Virus record (IMG/VR): IMGVR_UViG_3300025543_005580
Location: 1 to 64,000 of that record
From: a virus
DNA length: 64,000 nucleotides
Reading direction: 5' to 3' (one strand)
A program made the translations under genes and the position numbers. Below the pieces are notes generated by a model, which saw nothing but the letters and a program-made list of their open reading frames with translations, ran no database searches and was not told where the DNA came from. This document shows positions 46,513-57,600 of the stretch, one piece after another. Numbering within the stretch: position 1 is the first letter of the stretch; each line of letters opens with the position of its first letter.

Positions 46513-49026
46513 TTAAATTGAAATGATGTTTATTGTAAGATAGTTCCATATTGATTGTAATCCTGCAGATGTTGTAGTATTAACTACTGCTACTTTAGCA
46601 GATAGTAATGCCCCTGAGTTATTAAAATCATACACCCCAGCCATACTAAATGTAGTAACGTGAGCGTTGCTACTAGCTGTATATCCTCCTGTACCTGATA
46701 ATGGTCCATTACTACTATCATATAAATAACAATATAGTTTATCGTTACTAAATTGATCATATATAGTAAAAGATGTTTGAATATAATATACTCCAGGATT
46801 TAATGATATTTGATTAGCATCCCTTCCACTTACAATTCCTGTAAATCCATTAGATGAATATAGAGTAAGTGATGGACTATCAGGCATTCCAGGATCAGGT
46901 AATTCTGGGTCTTTCCATATAGGTGCACCATCTGCACAAATCACACCCCATTCACTACCTCCATTATTAGCAGTTGTATCTGCTCCTCCTGGTCCTGTTG
47001 GTCCTGCACTACCACCAGCTCCTGTAGGACCTCCATATCCTTGTACTCCTTGAGGTCCAGTTGAACTTGTGCCTTGAGGACCTATAATACCTTGTGGACC
47101 TTGAGAACCCTGACCTCCTCTAGCATATCCTGTATAACCAGTAGGACCTCCATACCCTTGTGGACCCCTTGGTGCTTGAGATCCTTGAGATCCTTGTGAA
47201 CCTACATATCCATTATATCCTTGAGATCCTTGTGAACCTGCTCTATTTACACCTTGTACACCATTATACCCTTGTGGACCTTGTGGTCCTAAAGGAGAAA
47301 CAGGTCCTTGATAACCTTGAGGACCTTTATATCCTATAGCACCTTGAGCACCTTGAGGTCCTTGAGAGCCGGCTTTATTTACACCTTGGTAACCTTGAGG
47401 ACCTCTATATCCTGTATAACCATTATATCCTTGAGGTCCTCTACTACCTGTATATCCTTGAGGTCCTGTATATCCTTGAGGTCCTGTTAAACCTTGACCA
47501 CCTGCTATACCAGTATATCCTGTTCTACCTAAAGGACCTTGGGTACCTTGAGAACCCCTAAGACCTGTAGGGCCTTTAAATCCTTGACTACCTTGGGAAC
47601 CTCTACCACCTTGAGCACCTTGACCACCTGCTATACCAGTATAACCAGTATAACCACCTGGACCTTGGGTACCTTGGTATCCTCTACCACCTTGAGATCC
47701 ATAATGTCCTTGTGGACCTGGGTTACCGGCACCACCTTCAAGTCCGGTACCACCTGCTATACCAGTGTATCCTGTATAACCTCCAGGACCTTGAGTACCT
47801 TGAGGACCTCTATATCCCGTGTGACCTACTATACCAGTATAACCAGTATAACCACCTGGTCCTGTTAAACCTTGACCACCTGCTATACCAGTGTATCCTG
47901 TATAACCTCCAGGACCTTGAGTACCTTGAGGACCTCTATATCCCGTGTGACCTACTATACCTGTATTTCCTGTTCTACCTCCTGGTCCTGTTAAACCTTG
48001 ACCACCTGCTATACCAGTATAACCAGTATAACCACCTGGACCTTGGGTACCTTGAGGACCTCTATATCCCGTGTGACCTACTATACCTGTATTTCCTGTT
48101 CTACCTCCTGGTCCTGTTAAACCTTGACCACCTGCTATACCAGTGTATCCTGTAGGTCCTCCAATTCCTGTAAGACCTTGTGGACCTTGATAACCTTGAG
48201 GTCCTACATATCCTATAGATCCTTGACCACCACGACCACCTTGACCACCACGACCACCTTGAGCTCCTGTAAATCCGGTTGCATTTATATATCCTTGAGG
48301 ACCTTGATATCCTTGAGATCCTTGGGTACCTACAAATCCAGTTCTACCTGTATAACCAGTATATCCTTGTGGACCCTGATTACCTTGAGTACCTACTCTA
48401 CCTACATATCCATTATATCCTTGGGGACCCTGGTTACCTTGGGTACCTATAGGTCCAACATATCCTGTTCTACCTCCAGGTCCACCTGTACCGTTTATTC
48501 CAATTATACCATTAGCGCCTTGAGGTCCATAAAAACCTGAAAGTCCTTGGTTACCTGGGGCTCCTATTATACCTGTATATCCTAAGTTACCTGTTCTACC
48601 ATTAACACCTTGACCACCTTGTGGTCCTTGTATACCTAATATTCCCTTAGGACCAACATATCCAGTAGGTCCTTGAGCACCTTGAGGTCCTTGATTACCT
48701 CCACCACCTTGATTACCCCTACCACCTTGAGTACCTCTACCACCTTGACCACCTTGAGGACCTCCAGTACCAGTAGGACCAGTATATCCAGTTCTACCTT
48801 GATTACCTTGTGAACCTTGACTACCACGTCCTCCTGTGTGTCCTGGTGTTTTAGCACGTCTATATAATACTCCATTAGTATCTACACCAATGTAATTACC
48901 TGTGGATGGATTTGAAGATAATACATCAACAACGGGAACATTTCCATCAAAAATCACATTTTCAATGTGAACTTCTGTATCAGTTCCTGTTGCTATTATC
49001 GTATTATTTGTTATTTGTAATCCCAT
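46513..49026 (-). CDS. Collagen-like fibre protein with a C-terminal globular head
   Basis: N-terminus MGLQITNN; about 620 aa of Gly-X-Y (GYT, GPQ, GGR); head motif NPGVYYI. Confidence 0.88.
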   Translation of the reverse strand: MGLQITNNTIIATGTDTEVHIENVIFDGNVPVVDVLSSNPSTGNYIGVDTNGVLYRRAKTPGHTGGRGSQGSQGNQGRTGYTGPTGTGGPQGGQGGRGTQGGRGNQGGGGNQGPQGAQGPTGYVGPKGILGIQGPQGGQGVNGRTGNLGYTGIIGAPGNQGLSGFYGPQGANGIIGINGTGGPGGRTGYVGPIGTQGNQGPQGYNGYVGRVGTQGNQGPQGYTGYTGRTGFVGTQGSQGYQGPQGYINATGFTGAQGGRGGQGGRGGQGSIGYVGPQGYQGPQGLTGIGGPTGYTGIAGGQGLTGPGGRTGNTGIVGHTGYRGPQGTQGPGGYTGYTGIAGGQGLTGPGGRTGNTGIVGHTGYRGPQGTQGPGGYTGYTGIAGGQGLTGPGGYTGYTGIVGHTGYRGPQGTQGPGGYTGYTGIAGGTGLEGGAGNPGPQGHYGSQGGRGYQGTQGPGGYTGYTGIAGGQGAQGGRGSQGSQGFKGPTGLRGSQGTQGPLGRTGYTGIAGGQGLTGPQGYTGPQGYTGSRGPQGYNGYTGYRGPQGYQGVNKAGSQGPQGAQGAIGYKGPQGYQGPVSPLGPQGPQGYNGVQGVNRAGSQGSQGYNGYVGSQGSQGSQAPRGPQGYGGPTGYTGYARGGQGSQGPQGIIGPQGTSSTGPQGVQGYGGPTGAGGSAGPTGPGGADTTANNGGSEWGVICADGAPIWKDPELPDPGMPDSPSLTLYSSNGFTGIVSGRDANQISLNPGVYYIQTSFTIYDQFSNDKLYCYLYDSSNGPLSGTGGYTASSNAHVTTFSMAGVYDFNNSGALLSAKVAVVNTTTSAGLQSIWNYLTINIISI
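47750..48150 (-). repeat. 126-bp (42-aa) tandem repeat, about 3 copies
   Basis: GTGACCTACT recurs at 47821, 47947 and 48073. Confidence 0.9.
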
Positions 49027-49039
49027 TATATATAAATAT

Positions 49040-51598
49040 TTAAGACAATTTTGTTATCATTAAGCAAGATGATCCTTGTTCTGGGGATTGGCTAAAATTC
49101 ATTAGACCTCCTGTTAAGTTGTAAACTCTAGGATACCTGGTTGATATAGATCCAAAAGTATAAGTCATAGCTATTGTTAATCCTGTTACTATTAAACCTG
49201 CAGTAGCATAGTTAGATACATTTTCAAAGGTTGCTAATTCAGCCCCACCATTTCCAGGAATTATTGATTGTTGATCGTTAAAATCAATCATTACAGTTTC
49301 TGATGTTGTACCTACATTAAGTCCTCCTTGTATTGGTTGGTTGCAACTAAATATAACACTATATTCTATATAATAAGTACCTGCATTGAATTGAATATTA
49401 TTTGCATTTACTGTTATACCGGCAATACTACCAATAGGAGAACCACAACTCAAAATAGACATTGTATTATTAGCTATTCCATTTTCACTTAATGGGACTA
49501 TAACTTTAGAACCACCATTTGGATCACCTAAACCAGGTGATCCTGTAGGTCCAGTACCTGAACCAGAACTACCTTGACCACCTTGAGAACCTCTTCTACC
49601 ATTAGGCCCATCTTCTCCATTAACTCCTGTAGGTCCTTGTGATCCTCTATATCCAGAATAACCTGTATTTGCTGCTGTTCCTTGGGGACCTCTACCACCT
49701 GGTCCTCCTGTATATCCTCCTGGTCCTCCAAATCCAGTATAACCAACTCCACCAGTACCACCTTGTGGACCTCTATATCCTGTATTTGCTGTTGAACCAA
49801 CTTGACCTTGTGGTCCTTGATAACCACTACTACCTCCTCTTGTAACACCGGCAAATCCAGTAAGACCTTGACCACCTTGATTTCCTCTATGTCCTTGATA
49901 ACCTGTATATGAAGTAGAACCTGTAGGTCCAGTATATCCTGCTAATCCACCACCTCCTTGTGGTCCTCTATATCCTTGAGAACCATTAATACCATTAAGA
50001 CCTTTTGGTCCATTATTACCTTGAGGACCTTGAGGTCCTGGGCCTGCTCCTTGAGGACCTCTAGGTCCAGTAGGTGGGGCATATGAACCATATCCTTGTG
50101 GTCCTTGATTACCTTGACCACCAACAATACCATTATATCCTTGTGGTCCTTGATTACCTTGAGGTCCAGGACCTGATCCTTGAGGACCTCTTCCACCAGT
50201 AGCGGCTAGGAAGGCTGTATATCCTTGAAGACCGGGTTGGCCTTGAGGTCCAGTGGCTCCTTGATTACCTTGACCACCTTGAGGACCTTGAGGTCCTGTA
50301 GTACCACTTTGAGCACCTCGAGCTCCTGGGGCTGCTGTTCGACCAGTATATCCTTGAGAACCACGTCCACCTTGGCCGCCTTGAGTACCTCTACCACCTT
50401 GACCACCTTGAGGACCTTGAGGTCCTGTTGTTGAGCTTTGAGCACCTCGAGCTCCTGGGGCTGCTGTTAGACCAGTATATCCTTGGGAACCACGTCCACC
50501 TTGGCCGCCTTGAGTACCTCTACCACCTTGACCACCTTGAGGACCTTGAGGTCCTGTAGTACCACTTTGAGCACCTCGAGCTCCTGGGGCTGCTGTTCGA
50601 CCAGTATATCCTTGAGAACCACGTCCACCTTGGCCGCCTTGAGTACCTCTACCACCTTGACCACCTTGAGGACCTTGAGGTCCTGTTGTTGAGCTTTGAG
50701 CACCTCTACCACCTTGACCACCCTGAGGGCCTCTATACCCAGATATACCCCTAGGTCCTGTACCTCCTTGATTTCCTATATATCCTTGAACACCTTGGTA
50801 TCCTTGAGGGCCTGTAGGACCTGAACCACCTTGTGGACCTCTAGGTCCATTAAATCCAGTGTATCCTCCTAATCCAGTAGGACCTTGTCCCCCTTGATTA
50901 CCTCTACCTCCAGTAGGTCCAGTATAACCTGTAGGACCATTTACTGTACTTTGGGTACCTTGAGAACCTTGAGGTCCTCCAAATCCTGTTATACCGTTAT
51001 TACCTTGAGGACCTTGACCACCTTGATTACCACGTCCACCTTGACCACCTTGAGAACCTTGTCCACCTTGTACACCTCTTAAACCTGTATTTCCTCCAGC
51101 TCCTCCTGAAGCACCCGGAGTACCTTGTTGTCCAACAGGTCCTTGTGAACCTCTACCTCCTTGTGGACCTCTATATCCTGTAAATCCTTGATTTCCTTGT
51201 GTACCTTGACTACCACGTCCTCCAGTAGGTCCAGTGTAACCACCTCTACCTCCAGGACCTGGGGTACCTTGATACCCAGGTACTCCTTGATATCCTGTAA
51301 CACCTTGATTACCTTGTGATCCTTGGTTTCCTTGAGCACCTTGACTTCCACCATTACCTGTACGGCCTGTATTTCCTGTATATCCTTGGGGTCCTTGAGG
51401 TCCTTGTGAACCCGCACTTCTTACAGTATCATATACTCTAGCTCCGGAAGTTGTGAAGGTTACAAAATCACCATCATTAGAATGAGTTTGCAGGTTTAGG
51501 ACGACAGGGTTCATTGACCCTGTCATCACTACTGTCCTCATATCTATATCATTAGAACCTGTTGGAAAGATTCTATTGCCTGTTATTTCTAAACCCAT
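49040..51598 (-). CDS. Collagen-like fibre protein with a C-terminal globular head
   Basis: N-terminus MGLEITGN; about 630 aa of Gly-X-Y; head motif NAGTYYI. Confidence 0.88.
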   Translation of the reverse strand: MGLEITGNRIFPTGSNDIDMRTVVMTGSMNPVVLNLQTHSNDGDFVTFTTSGARVYDTVRSAGSQGPQGPQGYTGNTGRTGNGGSQGAQGNQGSQGNQGVTGYQGVPGYQGTPGPGGRGGYTGPTGGRGSQGTQGNQGFTGYRGPQGGRGSQGPVGQQGTPGASGGAGGNTGLRGVQGGQGSQGGQGGRGNQGGQGPQGNNGITGFGGPQGSQGTQSTVNGPTGYTGPTGGRGNQGGQGPTGLGGYTGFNGPRGPQGGSGPTGPQGYQGVQGYIGNQGGTGPRGISGYRGPQGGQGGRGAQSSTTGPQGPQGGQGGRGTQGGQGGRGSQGYTGRTAAPGARGAQSGTTGPQGPQGGQGGRGTQGGQGGRGSQGYTGLTAAPGARGAQSSTTGPQGPQGGQGGRGTQGGQGGRGSQGYTGRTAAPGARGAQSGTTGPQGPQGGQGNQGATGPQGQPGLQGYTAFLAATGGRGPQGSGPGPQGNQGPQGYNGIVGGQGNQGPQGYGSYAPPTGPRGPQGAGPGPQGPQGNNGPKGLNGINGSQGYRGPQGGGGLAGYTGPTGSTSYTGYQGHRGNQGGQGLTGFAGVTRGGSSGYQGPQGQVGSTANTGYRGPQGGTGGVGYTGFGGPGGYTGGPGGRGPQGTAANTGYSGYRGSQGPTGVNGEDGPNGRRGSQGGQGSSGSGTGPTGSPGLGDPNGGSKVIVPLSENGIANNTMSILSCGSPIGSIAGITVNANNIQFNAGTYYIEYSVIFSCNQPIQGGLNVGTTSETVMIDFNDQQSIIPGNGGAELATFENVSNYATAGLIVTGLTIAMTYTFGSISTRYPRVYNLTGGLMNFSQSPEQGSSCLMITKLS
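50270..50720 (-). repeat. 129-bp (43-aa) tandem repeat, about 3.5 copies
   Basis: AGCTCCTGGG recurs at 50321, 50450 and 50579. Confidence 0.9.
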
Positions 51599-51607
51599 AT
51601 TCGTTTA

Positions 51608-54600
51608 TTAAATATTAATGTAAGCATTAATAACATACGAGTCACCACTTCCGCTTTCGAGAGCTTTTGCAAATACTACATCTTGTAAGTTTTCGTTAAT
51701 CATTTCTTCTCTCGTTATTGCTTTAGCATGTCCTACTTTATCTGAAGTAACAAGATAATCACCTTCTTTTACTATTCCAATTACAAGTACTGGTTCAGCA
51801 CCTTGAACAATTGGAATATTTTTATCAGGTACCATGACTCCCATTCTCATGTGATCTTTTTCGTTTGTACATGGAACTAAATCTCCATCTTTCCAAACCA
51901 TTACAGTACCTAATTCGTGATTATTATTATCTTCTTTATTATTACCTGCTAAGTTCTGTTCAAATATACCACAAGTATTAAATGCGATTGCCCAAACATC
52001 TCTCCAACATAAATCTGGTCTACCAATATCCCAAACTCTATCTTGTATTGGGTTCATATTACCATCCCAATTGAAATCTGGGGCTGTATAATTGGCAACT
52101 GTTAATCTATTTGGTCTACCTGCGTTGTAACTAACAATTTCACCGTTATTAGCTGTATTGCTCCAGTTAATAGCAATATCATTAGCATTAACAGTAATAC
52201 CTGTACCTGAACCTATGTTTAATGTTCTATCAGTTGATAACGCACCTCCACCAGTTAAACCTGAACCTGCGATAATTGACACGTAAGTACCGCTTGTACC
52301 CACATTACCTGATATACCACTAGTACCATCTATACCTGAAGTTCCTGATGTTCCTGAACCACCTGATACTCCACTAGCACCACCAACACCTGAGGTACCG
52401 TTTGAACCTGTTGAACCTGATGTTCCTGATAATCTACTTAATCCGCTTGTTCCAGCTACACCACTTGTACCAATTGTACCTGAAGAACCGCTAGTTCCAC
52501 TAGTAGCGCTTAATCCTGATAAACCAGCATTACCTGTTGTACCATTTGAACCTGTTGAACCACTAGTTCCAGATACTCTACTTAATCCATTTGTACCATT
52601 ATTACCTGTTGTACCATTTGAACCTGAACTACCTGATGTTCCAGATAATTTACTCAATCCATTTGTACCAGTATTACCTGAAGTACCATTTGAACCTGTT
52701 GATCCACTTGTTCCTGATGCTCTACTTAATCCATTTGTACCAGTATTACCTGAAGTACCTGATGAACCACTAGTACCTGAAGTTCTACTAGCACCTGAGG
52801 CACCATTGACACCTGATGTACCGTTTGAACCTGAACTACCTGAAGTACCTGATAATCTAGATAATCCATTACCACCATTAACACCTGAAGTACCATTTGA
52901 ACCACTTGATCCTGAAGTACCTGATACTCTAGATAATCCTGAAGTTCCAGCTACACCGCTTGTACCTATTGTACCTGAACTTCCTGAAGTTCCTGATGTA
53001 GCACTTAATGCTGATTGTCCTGCATTTCCAATAGTACCATTTGAACCTGATGAACCTGAAGTTCCTGAAGTTCCTGAAGTTCTACTAATACCTGAAGCAC
53101 CATTAACACCTGAGGTACCATTTGAACCACTTGATCCTGAAGTACCTGATACTCTACTTAATCCTGAAGTACCATTAACACCTGAAGTACCATTTGAACC
53201 TGTTGATCCACTTGCACCTGATGTTCTGCTTAATCCGGAAGTACCTGCAACTCCACTTGTACCAATTGTGCCTGATGAACCACTTGTTCCACTAGTAGCA
53301 CTTAATCCTGATAAACCAGCATTACCTGTTGTACCATTTGAACCTGTAGAACCTGATGTTCCAGAAGTTTTACTAGCACCTGAAACACCATTATTACCTG
53401 ATGTACCTGATGAACCACTTGTTCCTGAAGTTCTAGATATTCCGGAGGCACCATTATTACCATTTGTACCTGTTGAACCTGAAGAACCACTAGTTCCACT
53501 AGTTCTTGAAGCACCTGAAGCACCATTATTACCTGATGTACCTGAACTACCTGTTGAACCACTAGTTCCGGAAACATTACTTGTTCCGTTAGCACCTGCA
53601 TTTCCTGAAGTACCATTTGAACCTGTAGAACCACTAGTTCCGGAAACATTACTTGTTCCGTTAGCACCTGCGTTTCCTGAAGTACCATTTGAACCTGTAC
53701 TACCTGAAGTACCTGATACTCTAGATAATCCTGAAGTTCCAGCTACACCGCTTGTACCTATTGTACCTGAAGATCCTGAAGTACCACTTGTAGCGCTTAA
53801 TCCTGATAAACCAGCATTACCTGTTGTACCATTTGAACCTGATGAACCTGAAGTACCACTTGAACCTGAAGTTCTACTAATACCTGAAGCACCGTTAACA
53901 CCTGAGGTACCGTTTGAACCACTAGAACCACTTGTTCCAGAGAATCTACTTAATCCATTTGTACCATTATTACCTGTTGTACCATTTGAACCTGAACTAC
54001 CTGATGTTCCTGATAATCTACTTAATCCGTTTGTTCCAGCTACCCCACTTGTACCTATTGTACCTGAAGATCCTGATGTACCTGAAGTAGCACTTAAACC
54101 ACTTTGTCCTGCGTTTCCAGTAGTACCTGTTGAACCTGATGAACCTGATGTTCCAGAAGTTCTACTAGCACCTGAAGCACCATTAGTACCATTTGAACCA
54201 CTTGATCCTGAAGTACCTGATATATTACTTGTTCCGTTATTTCCAGCTACACCACTTGTACCATTTGAACCAGTTGAACCTGAAGTACCGGATACATTAC
54301 TTGTTCCATTAGCTCCTGCGTTTCCTGAGGTACCATTTGAACCTGTTGATCCAGAAGTTCCGGACAATGCACTTAATCCGTTTGTACCCGCAACTCCACT
54401 TGTACCTACTGTACCTGAAGATCCACTAGTTCCACTTGTAGCGCTTAATCCTGATTGTCCTGCATTACCTGTAGTACCGTTTGAACCGGTTGAACCTGAA
54501 GTACCTGATGTTTTACTTAATGCACTAGCTCCAGCATTTCCTGTTGTACCTGATGAACCTGATGAACCGCTTGTTCCTGATGTAGCACTTAATGCACTAG

Positions 54601-57600
54601 CACCTGCAACACCTGCGTTTCCTGATGTACCATTTGAACCTGTTGATCCGGAAGTACCTGAAGTCTTACTTAGTCCGGAAGTACCTGCTAATCCGCTTGT
54701 ACCAATTGTACCTGATGAACCACTAGTTCCTGATGTAGCACTTAATCCTGATAAACCAGCATTACCTGTTGTACCATTTGAACCTGTAGAACCTGATGTT
54801 CCAGAAGTACCACTTGTAGCACTTAGAGCACTTGCTCCTGCATTTCCTGCAGTACCGTTTGAACCAGTTGAACCTGAAGTTCCCGATGTTCCTGAAGTAG
54901 CACTTAGTGCTGAAGCACCTGCGTTTCCAGCTGTACCATTTGAACCAGTACTACCTGATGTACCTGAAGTACCTGCTGTAGCACTTAATCCTGAAGTACC
55001 TGCTACTCCTGAAGTACCTATTGTACCTGATGAACCTGAAGTTCCACTAGTAGCACTTAATCCTGATAAACCAGCATTACCTGTTGTACCATTTGAACCT
55101 GTAGAACCTGATGTTCCAGAAGTACCACTTGTAGCACTTAGAGCACTTGCTCCTGCATTTCCTGCAGTACCGTTTGAACCAGTTGAACCTGAAGTTCCCG
55201 ATGTTCCTGAAGTAGCACTTAGTGCTGAAGCACCTGCGTTTCCAGCTGTACCATTTGAACCAGTACTACCTGATGTACCTGAAGTACCTGCTGTAGCACT
55301 TAATCCTGAAGTACCTGCTACTCCTGAAGTACCTATTGTACCTGATGAACCTGAAGTTCCACTAGTAGCACTTAATCCTGATAAACCAGCATTACCTGAA
55401 GTACCATTTGAACCTGAAGAACCAGATGAACCAGATGAACCACTTGTTCCTGATGTAGCACTTAATGCGCTATCACCTGCGTTTCCAGCTGTACCATTTG
55501 AACCTGATGAACCGCTTGTTCCTGATGTATTACTTAATGCACTTGCACCTGCATCTCCGGCGGTACCTGATGAACCTGTACTACCTGATGTTCCACTTGT
55601 TTCACTATTACCTGAAGTTCCAGCTACACCTGATGTACCTACTGTACCTGAAGAACCACTAGTACCTGATGTAGCACTTAAACCACTTTGTCCTGAGTTT
55701 CCTGATGTACCGTTTGAACCAGTTGAACCTGAACTACCAGATGTACCTGAAGTAGCACTTAAGGCTGAAGCTCCTGCGTTTCCAGCAGTACCATTTGAAC
55801 CTGAACTTCCTGAAGTACCTGAAGTAGCACTTAGTGCTGAAGCTCCTGCATCTCCTGAAGTACCACTTGAACCTGTTGAACCTGATGTTCCACTTGTTTC
55901 GCTATTTCCTGAAGTACCTGCAACTCCACTTGTACCTATTGTACCTGAGCTTCCTGAAGTACCTGAAGTTGAACTTAATGCACTTTGTCCTGCATTTCCA
56001 GCAGTACCATTTGAGCCACTTGAACCACTAGTTCCTGATGTAGCACTTAATGCGCTAGCACCTGCATTTCCTGCTGTACCTGATGAACCTGTAGAACCAC
56101 TTGTTCCACTGGTGGCACTTAGAGCACTTACTCCTGCTTCACCTGCTGTACCTGATGAACCTGTACTACCTGATGAACCTGAAGTTCCTGAAGTTCCTGC
56201 AGATGCACTAGCACCTGAAGTACCTGCAACTCCACTTGTACCTACTGTACCTGAAGAACCACTAGTACCTGATGTAGCACTTAAACCACTTTGTCCTGCG
56301 TTTCCTGATGTACCATTTGAACCTGTACTACCTGATGAACCTGAAGTACCTGCTGATCCTGATGTTGCACTAGCACCTGAAGCACCTATACTACCGTTTG
56401 AACCTGTACTACCTGATGTACCTGAAGTACCTGATGTATTACTAATACCTGATTCACCTGCGTTACCAGACGTTCCTGTTGAACCTGTAGAACCTGATGT
56501 TCCTGAAGTTGAACTATTTCCTGATGTACCAGCAACTCCACTTGTACCAATTGTACCTGAAGAACCTGAAGTACCACTTGTAGCACTTAGTGCACTTTGT
56601 CCTGCATTTCCAGCAGTACCGTTTGAACCTGAACTACCAGATGTACCTGATGTTGCACTTAAAGCACTTGCACCAGCATCTCCAGCTGTACCTGAACTAC
56701 CAGATGAACCACTTGTTCCTGAAGTAGCACTTAAAGCTGAAGCACCTGCTTCACCTGCTGTACCATTTGAACCAGTTGAACCTGATGTACCTGAAGTACC
56801 TGCTGATCCTGATGTTGTACTATTACCGCTAGTACCAGCAACTCCACTAGTACCTACTGTACCTGAACTACCAGATGTACCTGATGTTGCGCTTAATCCT
56901 GATTGACCTGCATTACCTGAAGTACCATTTGAACCCGTTGATCCACTTGTTCCACTAGTTGCACTTAATGCACTAGCACCTGCATCTCCAGCAGTACCTG
57001 ATGAACCTGACGAACCTGAAGTACCTGAAGTAGCACTTAAAGCTGAAGCACCTGCGTCTCCTGCTGTACCTGTTGATCCTGATGAACCTGAAGTTCCTGA
57101 TGAACCTGAACTTGCACTATTTCCTGACGTACCTGCAACTCCTGAAGTACCAATTGTACCTGAAGATCCTGAAGTACCACTTGTAGCACTTAGTGCACTT
57201 TGTCCTGCATTACCTGAAGTACCATTTGAGCCACTTGAACCGCTTGTTCCGGATGTAGCACTTAATGCGCTAGCACCTGCATTTCCTGCTGTACCACTAG
57301 AACCAGTTGAACCTGATGTACCCGAAGTACCTGAAGTTGAACTTAATGCACTAGCACCTGCTTCACCTGCTGTACCATTTGAACCAGTTGAACCTGAAGT
57401 ACCTGAAGTACCTGAAGATCCTGATGAAGCACTGGCACCTGAAGTTCCAGCAACTCCACTAGTACCTACTGTACCTGAAGAACCGCTAGTTCCACTTGTA
57501 GCGCTTAATCCTGATTGACCAGCATTTCCATTTGTACCGTTTGATCCAGTACTACCTGATGATCCACTTGTACCACTAGTAGCACTTAAGGCTGAAGCTC

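Noticed and set aside
43870-51417. Many short alternative-frame ORFs (VLKDLKDIKV..., TLRSLITL...) inside the collagen genes
   Set aside because: Frame-shifted or antisense readings of the Gly-X-Y repeats.
52806-56906. 1366-aa plus-strand ORF (PEVP-rich), plus similar ORFs at 58650-59669 and 60360-61316
   Set aside because: These are antisense shadows of the GGT/ACT/TCA repeat codons, which rarely create stops in that frame. No other credible plus-strand genes exist in the window.
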